From a virus (Duplodnaviria > Caudoviricetes), in IMG/VR virus record IMGVR_UViG_3300026263_000005, positions 1-31,219 of that record: DNA of 31,219 bases. One strand, 5' to 3'. The notes below the pieces were generated by a model. The model had not been told where the DNA came from. It saw nothing but the letters and a program-made list of their open reading frames with translations, and made no database searches. Each line of letters starts with the position of its first letter. Within the stretch, counting starts at the first letter, position 1. Shown piece by piece: positions 24,946 to 31,219 of the stretch. The position numbers were made by a program, and so were the translations under genes.

Positions 24946-25541
24946 TAGGTGAATACATTGATATTGATGCTGCCTACAGTTTTATAGGAGGTGGCATGAT
25001 CGACCCAAATGTGGTCGATGGCGTGATTGAGTTTTGGAATGATTGTGACTATCTTAATAAAGAAGATGGTCATGTAGGTGGTCAAACTTCAGGTGGTCTA
25101 GATAAAGAACTCAAAGAGTCAAAAGACCTGACTATTCCTAGGTACATTAAAGATCCTAGAATATGCAGGTATATTGATGAGCTTGCAGATGTTACCACAG
25201 CATACTGTGATAACTATCCAGCACTAAAGAATGTCAAGTGGGATTTGATGGAGGATTTTAATATCCAATGGTATCCCAAGGGTGGTGGGTTTCATGCATT
25301 ACATTGCGAAAGATCAGACGCACATCCACAATGCTGCAATCGTATGGTAGTATGGATGACATATCTCAATGATATAGAAGAAGGTGGAGAGACATACTTT
25401 AAACAACAGGAGTGTAAGGTAAAACCTAAGAAGGGATTGACTTTACTTTGGCCAGCAGACTGGACTCATTTTCATAAGGGAATACCAGCACCTAATGAAG
25501 AAAAAATGATTATTACAGGATGGTATGATCACGTCATTTGA
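24942..25541 (+). CDS. 2OG-Fe(II) oxygenase (prolyl-4-hydroxylase-like)
   Basis: FNIQWY, LHCE (HxE), WMTYLND.EEGGET.F, WPADWTHFHKG, KMIITGW. Confidence 0.9.
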   Translation: MIGEYIDIDAAYSFIGGGMIDPNVVDGVIEFWNDCDYLNKEDGHVGGQTSGGLDKELKESKDLTIPRYIKDPRICRYIDELADVTTAYCDNYPALKNVKWDLMEDFNIQWYPKGGGFHALHCERSDAHPQCCNRMVVWMTYLNDIEEGGETYFKQQECKVKPKKGLTLLWPADWTHFHKGIPAPNEEKMIITGWYDHVI

Positions 25542-26022
25542 CAATTTAATATTAGGTCATTATAATAACAAACAGCAGGCATATAGTAATCCTACTAAAT
25601 GGCCACAGGTACATATTCTATACTCCAAGATCAAATCAAATGTCTTGGAGTTAAAGCAGTGGTATAATTATGAAGGTGAAGATAAACCATATAGACATTA
25701 TCATATTACTATCAACTATATGACACATGACACTGCGTATACAAAAGCACATAACCTATTGACTGACACCCCAGGGTGTGAGATGCAGTGGGGATTCTTT
25801 GATACGTGGTGGTTTGGTAGTGTTCGGGGTGATTGTATCGTTCCTAAACCTGATGGTGATACATATGTTGTTAGCGACGTACAGTTTGATGGTGACATGT
25901 ATATGTCACGTGACACTGGATACTACGTCAAGGATGATAAATTTGCCTGGGGCAAGGAGGAGGGTGAAGGTATGTTTACTTTTACTAGACTAAATAATGG
26001 CAGGAAACTAGATTACACATAA
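25525..26022 (+). CDS. cpeT: CpeT/CpcT-like phycobiliprotein lyase
   Basis: GHYNNKQQA..P.KW, KQWY, PYR, SRDTGY, WG..G.FTFTR; adjacent to gp5. Confidence 0.85.
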   Translation: MITSFDNLILGHYNNKQQAYSNPTKWPQVHILYSKIKSNVLELKQWYNYEGEDKPYRHYHITINYMTHDTAYTKAHNLLTDTPGCEMQWGFFDTWWFGSVRGDCIVPKPDGDTYVVSDVQFDGDMYMSRDTGYYVKDDKFAWGKEEGEGMFTFTRLNNGRKLDYT

Positions 26023-28793
26023 TGTTAGGCAGTTCATCAAAAGCAGATTTCGCTGGAAGAGATGGTTTCGCCTGGTGGATCGGTGAAGTAGAAGACCATA
26101 TGGATCCATCACAGTTGGGTCGTGTAAAGGTTCGTATTGTAGGTTGGTATACTGGTACTAAGACCGATTCAGAAGGTAAGAACCAGTACTTAACCGAATT
26201 ACCTACTAAAGATTTACCGTGGGCAACCGTACTTCTACCAACTGATAGACCCCAGACCAAGAATGCTGGATCTACCACTGAGTTACAACCTGGCGCACAG
26301 GTTCTAGGTTTCTTCATGGATGGTGAAGAGGCACAACTTCCTTGTGTCTTGGGTGCATTCCGTGGTTTCCGTCACTCTGAGAATAGTAATCAGGCAGGTT
26401 CTAGTGGTAGAGAGCGTGGTGCTCCTAAAGAAATGGCAAGGACTGTCTTTGCAGATCCTACAGTTGCTGATCAGAATGCAACAGATACACCACAGCAGAA
26501 AGGACAAGATAATCAAGATTCACTAGGTGGAGCATCATTCGTTAAAGCACAAGGTCAACAAGGTGGTGGTGCTACTGGTGGAGAAGAAGCATCTAAGGGT
26601 GCAATCTCTAAGGGTGAAGCAGAAACACCATTTAATGTGTACACCAACCCCATAGGTCCACCATCTATGGAAGGTGGTATTGCTGATGGTACTACAGGAC
26701 CTGCTAATGCAGGATTCACCAAGGATCTTAAGCGTATGCTTACTGAGATTGGTGTTGAGGTTGGTGGGTTAGCACGTAATGCATCTAGTGGTGACTTTCT
26801 GTCCACTATTAGTGGTAGAGTTATAGAAGGTAAGAACATACTCAACCAATTATCTAACGTTACTAACTACCTGACTAATGCCATTAGTGGTATGCTTGCA
26901 CCTCTCAAGGAGATGGCAGCAAGAGTCATTCAGATGTTGATTGATAAGATTCTACAGGTTCTTTCTAACATCCTACCTGTTGTTGTTATCACCCTGATTG
27001 GTGAGATACTACAGTTAATATTTGCATTATTCTGTAAACCTACTCCAGAGTGGGTCAGTATAATGGGGAATATAATGGGGTACATATCGTCGTACCTGAA
27101 CTCCCTATTCGCTAAGGTAATGGATTTCATCGCTGAGATGGAAGCTAAGATCCTTGACACTGTTGAGAGGATGATGTCTGGTATTCAGAACAGCATCTGT
27201 AAAGCAATGTCGGCAATCAATAAGGTTGCTAACTTTATAATTACAGCAATTAACACTGTTAAAGCACTTAAGGAACTTGCTAACGGTATTCAGTCTATCT
27301 TCTCTATTGACTTTACTAAGTTAGACTTTACATCAGTTCTTAAGATCCTTAAGGCAATCCTCATGCTGATAGCGGGGATGAAAGATTGCGGTAGGAAGAG
27401 TCGAAAACCGAAAGCCACAGGGTGGCTCCCGTTATTAGGAACCACCCAGTGCGAGGATATAGATGAGGCTCTCCAAGGTCCAGGTGGAGGAGACTATAGT
27501 AGTTGTCCACCATCAGGTCAGGCAAATCCTAAGGGTACTTTCTTTGATGATTTCTTTAAGAACATAAATCCGTTCTTAATGGAAACCAAGATGTATCTCA
27601 ATGGTACCAAAGAGATCAATGACGCTACTCCTGGTAAGGAGAAACGAGTTATCCAAGGTCTTGGTGGTGTAAGTACTATTGAGGATAAGAGAGGTAATAA
27701 GCATACCAATAATCCTAACAATGAAACTGCAATTATTGGTCGTGACCAAGTAACAAACGTTAAGAATAATAAGGTTGTAACTGTTGAGGGTGACTACTAC
27801 CTCAAGGTTATGGGTGACTATCATATTGAGGTCTCTGGATCTATCAACCAGCATGAGTCTAATGGTCCAGGTGCCAAGGCAACAGATGCTAATGGTGGAT
27901 TTTCTAGTGGTCATAAGTGGGATGATCAAAAGGATCTACCAGATGCAGCAGGAGATTACCAGATCTACACATCACCAGATGTCACTCCAGAAGAGTACGA
28001 CAAGATGACTGATGATGAGAAGACACAATATTTTGCATCTAAGAGTGCGTCTGATGCTGCTTCATCAGCAACAGCACCATTAAAAGAAGATACTGCTAGT
28101 CAGACTGCTAAGAAGTTTAATGAATTGGCAGCAAAGAATGCTGCTGGTGATGGTAAGAAGAATCCAACTCCTAAGTTTAATACTGAGGTTGGAGAAAGAG
28201 AAGTTAAGTCAGTAAGAACCACTGCTGGTGACCATGACATGAACTTCCAAGGTGACTGGAAGGTACAAGCAGCACGTTTTAACTTCACTGCTATTGAGGC
28301 AATCAACCTTAAAGCACAGGAGATCAACCTATCTGCTGGTGGTATTACCAATGAAGCAACAGGTGAGATCATTAATGAAGCGAACTGGATCAGTTCATTC
28401 CTTAACTGTGGTAGATTTGATATTGTTGGTATTTTTCAGATGATGCCTGTCCTCACTGGTCAGTTCAGCATTGTTAAGGGATCTATTGTGGACGTGGCAA
28501 TGGACACTCCATTCCCAGGAGCAGCCCCACCTGCCCAGGTTAGGATGACTCTAGGTACATCCATGCCATCTGCTATGGCAGACATAATCGTAGGATCCAC
28601 CGCAGGTGCACACATAACTTTGGTCGGAACTCCTACAGGAGGTATCGGAGAGGTTGTCACAGGAGGAGCAGGTGCTATAATAAATCAGGTAACTACTGGT
28701 GTCGTAGCCATGAGTACTGGTGTGGGTGCCGCATGGTTTGGATGTGGACTCGGACCTACCTCAGTCTTCGGACTGCCCGTTATGCTTAATTAA
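26022..28793 (+). CDS. 5: baseplate central spike gp5 (OB-fold plus beta-helix, no recognisable lysozyme domain)
   Basis: WWIGEVED..DP..LGRVKVRI.G, LPWA, VLGFFMDGE.AQ.P.VLG; VEGDYYLKVMGDYHIEVSG beta-helix repeats. Confidence 0.92.
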   Translation: MLGSSSKADFAGRDGFAWWIGEVEDHMDPSQLGRVKVRIVGWYTGTKTDSEGKNQYLTELPTKDLPWATVLLPTDRPQTKNAGSTTELQPGAQVLGFFMDGEEAQLPCVLGAFRGFRHSENSNQAGSSGRERGAPKEMARTVFADPTVADQNATDTPQQKGQDNQDSLGGASFVKAQGQQGGGATGGEEASKGAISKGEAETPFNVYTNPIGPPSMEGGIADGTTGPANAGFTKDLKRMLTEIGVEVGGLARNASSGDFLSTISGRVIEGKNILNQLSNVTNYLTNAISGMLAPLKEMAARVIQMLIDKILQVLSNILPVVVITLIGEILQLIFALFCKPTPEWVSIMGNIMGYISSYLNSLFAKVMDFIAEMEAKILDTVERMMSGIQNSICKAMSAINKVANFIITAINTVKALKELANGIQSIFSIDFTKLDFTSVLKILKAILMLIAGMKDCGRKSRKPKATGWLPLLGTTQCEDIDEALQGPGGGDYSSCPPSGQANPKGTFFDDFFKNINPFLMETKMYLNGTKEINDATPGKEKRVIQGLGGVSTIEDKRGNKHTNNPNNETAIIGRDQVTNVKNNKVVTVEGDYYLKVMGDYHIEVSGSINQHESNGPGAKATDANGGFSSGHKWDDQKDLPDAAGDYQIYTSPDVTPEEYDKMTDDEKTQYFASKSASDAASSATAPLKEDTASQTAKKFNELAAKNAAGDGKKNPTPKFNTEVGEREVKSVRTTAGDHDMNFQGDWKVQAARFNFTAIEAINLKAQEINLSAGGITNEATGEIINEANWISSFLNCGRFDIVGIFQMMPVLTGQFSIVKGSIVDVAMDTPFPGAAPPAQVRMTLGTSMPSAMADIIVGSTAGAHITLVGTPTGGIGEVVTGGAGAIINQVTTGVVAMSTGVGAAWFGCGLGPTSVFGLPVMLN

Positions 28794-28795
28794 CT

Positions 28796-28993
28796 ATGGA
28801 AGAAACCGTCGATTATGTTGCACATGCCTTCATAAATTTTCCCAAGAGAAAAATCACTCTCAGGGATCAGGAAGGTTATGAAGCAGATGTACGATACAAA
28901 TTTGATTCTGATGGATCTCACAGTTTCGCAGAGACTGTGGATATTCTGAAAGAATTCCTCGATAATGAGGATGAACTTACCTTTATATACTAA
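28796..28993 (+). CDS. hypothetical protein
   Basis: Compact ORF between gp5 and the next gene (TAATG overlap downstream). Confidence 0.7.
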   Translation: MEETVDYVAHAFINFPKRKITLRDQEGYEADVRYKFDSDGSHSFAETVDILKEFLDNEDELTFIY

Positions 28994-29286
28994 TGACACT
29001 AGCCAATTTGATTGAGGTCTCTGTAGAAGAGATTAAGACAAATCTTGACTTCCTCTTGACATTATTGGAAAGAGGTCATACAATCAAGATAATTCAGGAA
29101 GGTAAACAGAGTATCATCATGTCTCCTCTACCAGAGTTCGTCAATAAGTACGAACAAGAGGAATTGCCTGATATACCTATGCCTGCCGATTGGAAACCTG
29201 ACCCAGTTGGAGTACAAACTTATGTCACAGAAACCCTCGGAGAGATGCAGAAAGAACTTGACGATGGACATCAAGATGCACTTTAG
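28993..29286 (+). CDS. Phd/YefM antitoxin-like protein
   Basis: VSVEEIKTNLDFLLTLLERGHTIKIIQEGKQSIIMSP resembles the Phd/YefM N-terminal domain; acidic Pro-rich C-terminus. Confidence 0.55.
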   Translation: MTLANLIEVSVEEIKTNLDFLLTLLERGHTIKIIQEGKQSIIMSPLPEFVNKYEQEELPDIPMPADWKPDPVGVQTYVTETLGEMQKELDDGHQDAL

Positions 29287-29434
29287 TGAACATGATCACT
29301 GTTGGCATTGGACACTCGTTGGGTACGAAAACGCAATACATAGTAGTAAATCTATGGACATCTCATCAGCAATGAAGGGGATCCAAGAGACAATTGCTAG
29401 ATTTATGGATGATGAAGCTAAGAATTACCGCTGA
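29264..29434 (+). CDS. small WxW-motif protein, paralogue of 29698-29925
   Basis: ATG 29264 preferred; aligns without gaps to the ORF at 29698. Confidence 0.65.
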   Translation: MDIKMHFSEHDHCWHWTLVGYENAIHSSKSMDISSAMKGIQETIARFMDDEAKNYR

Positions 29435-29690
29435 GTACTGCATCCTAGACTATATGGATGGTCATGAAGGAATAGTACTTCTCCATATGATTAATTGTAT
29501 ACCATTTACATTCGATGATGAGGGTTTCGACACGACTGACGAAGAGATTATAACTAAAGCAGTCAATAATCCGAAACTCACTATAGAAGACCTATATCGA
29601 TGGTCTTCCTATCTCATAGAAGAGGAATGCCACCCTATAATGTTCGAAATGGGTGAGTCGATTGAGAATTATCAAGACGTTCCAAACTAA
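29409..29690 (+). CDS. acidic hypothetical protein
   Basis: IPFTFD and SSYLIEEECHP motifs; start at 29409 or 29412. Confidence 0.7.
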   Translation: MMKLRITAEYCILDYMDGHEGIVLLHMINCIPFTFDDEGFDTTDEEIITKAVNNPKLTIEDLYRWSSYLIEEECHPIMFEMGESIENYQDVPN

Positions 29691-29697
29691 ATAGTAC

Positions 29698-29925
29698 ATG
29701 CAAATACGATTATGGTACAACAAGGATATGCGCCAATGGCGGTGGTCTTTGATGGACCACCAGTTACATCAGGAAACTGGACAACAACCTGATCTACGTG
29801 ATGCAATGGGTGATATTGCAAATACAGTGGAGTATTTAACAGAACGGTATGACGACACGGAGATGGCACATGAAATGGAGAGAGGACTACAAGAGTATGA
29901 AAGTACTCAGTGCATATCAGACTGA
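29698..29925 (+). CDS. small WxW-motif protein
   Basis: IRLWY..MRQWRWSL...DLRDAMGDIANTVEY; CTAAATA at 29687-29693 just upstream. Confidence 0.75.
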   Translation: MQIRLWYNKDMRQWRWSLMDHQLHQETGQQPDLRDAMGDIANTVEYLTERYDDTEMAHEMERGLQEYESTQCISD

Positions 29926-30115
29926 TCTCCTAGAAAATGGACCAAAGAGTCTAGCCCAATCATGGGTGCTACAGGCAATGTATGTTGACTGGAAGCGAAA
30001 AACTGGTAATATGGAACCTGAACCACCGAATTGCCAATCAAGTTATTCGGTACTAAACAAACGTATTGAGGAAGGTCTTTATGACGATGCAAACGACCCA
30101 TACGGGGGACATTGA
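29849..30115 (+). CDS. hypothetical protein
   Basis: WREDY, LLENGPKSLAQSW, EPPNCQSS; start may be 29870. Confidence 0.7.
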   Translation: MTTRRWHMKWREDYKSMKVLSAYQTDLLENGPKSLAQSWVLQAMYVDWKRKTGNMEPEPPNCQSSYSVLNKRIEEGLYDDANDPYGGH

Positions 30116-30374
30116 GGTGGCAGGAAACGATACTGAAATGTATCTGAAGAATTATTTGGAATCTCCTGGCAATCTTGTCGATAAGCGAGAAAGAATGAAT
30201 CGCTTGAGTGAAATTGTAGGAGATTATCTTACTGATGAATCAGTTGATGCACGTAATACATACGAAGAAATTCTCCAAGAAGTGAACTTTTGGATCAACT
30301 ACCATTCACAGCATATGACTAAAGCGAAAAAGCTACGTAGTCTCCTGATGGGAGAGAGTGATTTGACGTTATAA
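30081..30374 (+). CDS. hypothetical protein
   Basis: ATG 30081 (or 30087); helical, DYL and WINYH motifs. Confidence 0.7.
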   Translation: MTMQTTHTGDIEVAGNDTEMYLKNYLESPGNLVDKRERMNRLSEIVGDYLTDESVDARNTYEEILQEVNFWINYHSQHMTKAKKLRSLLMGESDLTL

Positions 30375-30377
30375 ATA
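30370..30377 (+). promoter_or_regulatory. late promoter TATAAATA
   Basis: Exact consensus overlapping the upstream stop, 26 nt before GTG 30404. Confidence 0.85.
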
Positions 30378-30403
30378 ACTTGGAATACCGTAGATAGTGA
30401 ATA

Positions 30404-31219
30404 GTGGGAACCAAGAGAATATCACAACTTGAGACTATTGCTGATGCATTGGTGACTGGAGAAGCAGTCCTTCCCATTGTTATCTCGGATCCACTGATCC
30501 CCAATAGAAAATCAAAAGTTAATCAACTGTTTAGGTCAGTTTCCGCAGGATCACAGAGTGCTCCAGGACTGGCTTTTGACTTAAACAGGAATACTGGAGT
30601 ATACCAGTCTGCTTCCGATGAAATCGGTCTGACTTTTGGTAGTGCATCGATCTATAATAGTCGTAATTTAAACAACGACGGGTCATCGACCTTACAGATA
30701 CGTGCAATTGATACAGCATCCGCTAACTCTAGTGTGGAGATAGTTCCACAGGGTAGTGGATATTTTACTGTTAATGGTACTACAGAGTTAACTGATACTA
30801 ATTTTTACATTTCTGGTGACCAGAACCCTGCTAAAAAGGTAGTATTTAACGTTGATACAGTTTCTACTGCTGGTGGTACTCGTAGATTTGATATGCCTAG
30901 TGTAGGTTCTAATACATCTACGACTATAGTTGCAACAGACACGTTCCAGACTCTAACTAATAAGTCTATTATCATTAAAGATAATGACCTACAGATTACT
31001 GGTTCTACTGACGTAGCTAAAATAGCAAAGTTTGAGACTGATGCATGGTCAGCACCAGGTCAACACATCTATCGTTTACCTGACTATGGTACTACGATTA
31101 CTCAGTCAACATTACTTGATGACTTGACTGAACAAGACTTATATAATAAGAATCACGTTAACCCTACATTCTCAAATACTCCCACAAATGATCCAAATAA
31201 CCCTACTAAGTATGTAATA
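30404..31219 (+). CDS. virion structural / tail-fibre-like protein, 3'-truncated by the window edge; absent from the ORF track
   Basis: GTG 30404, open to the window end: MGTKRISQL...GSQSAPGLAFD..NTGVYQ..DEIGL...QTLTNK, motifs typical of phage fibre/collar proteins; late promoter upstream. Confidence 0.8.
   Translation, partial: MGTKRISQLETIADALVTGEAVLPIVISDPLIPNRKSKVNQLFRSVSAGSQSAPGLAFDLNRNTGVYQSASDEIGLTFGSASIYNSRNLNNDGSSTLQIRAIDTASANSSVEIVPQGSGYFTVNGTTELTDTNFYISGDQNPAKKVVFNVDTVSTAGGTRRFDMPSVGSNTSTTIVATDTFQTLTNKSIIIKDNDLQITGSTDVAKIAKFETDAWSAPGQHIYRLPDYGTTITQSTLLDDLTEQDLYNKNHVNPTFSNTPTNDPNNPTKYVI

Noticed and set aside
17392-28660. Many 60-117 aa opposite-strand or off-frame ORFs within baseplate and tail genes
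   Set aside because: Fully nested in well-supported genes; consistent with codon-bias shadows.
30420-30719. Minus-strand ORFs 30319-30504 and 30531-30719
   Set aside because: Antisense to the plus-strand structural gene that starts at 30404 under a late promoter.
1-31219. tRNA genes, DGR, retron or CRISPR array
   Set aside because: No cloverleaf-sized gap apart from the 5312-5529 promoter/leader, no reverse transcriptase motif and no regular DNA repeats seen by eye.

Overview
A gene-dense segment of a T4-like marine cyanomyophage genome (Kyanoviridae-type, Synechococcus/Prochlorococcus host inferred). Left part (1-13421): a large Pro-rich-tipped putative virion protein, a small outer-membrane beta-barrel gene with a long structured leader, glutaredoxin, thyX, phoH, a PD-(D/E)XK exonuclease, gp33, a DUF1825-like gene, gp32 and several 2OG-Fe(II) oxygenases. 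Middle and right (13477-28793): the baseplate/tail module, with gp53 and gp48 on the minus strand, then gp4, gp2, a gp54/tube-like gene, gp26, 'gp51', two paralogous tape-measure-like proteins, a gp27-like hub, a CP12-like/2OG-oxygenase/cpeT cassette and gp5. The end holds small hypothetical genes and the start of a fibre-like structural gene. No tRNA, rRNA, CRISPR array, intron, intein or transposon was seen. Best leads: (1) a canonical T-TTT-TTC slippery site at the end of gp26 with an open -1 frame into 'gp51', suggesting a lambda G/GT-style frameshifted tail-chaperone pair ahead of the tape-measure-like genes; (2) a multi-hairpin, possibly switchable 5' leader on the beta-barrel gene; (3) zero-gap head-to-head gp48/gp4 starts with reciprocal embedded late promoters; (4) an orphan Phd/YefM-like gene beside two small paralogues. 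All family calls come from motif recognition, not database searches.
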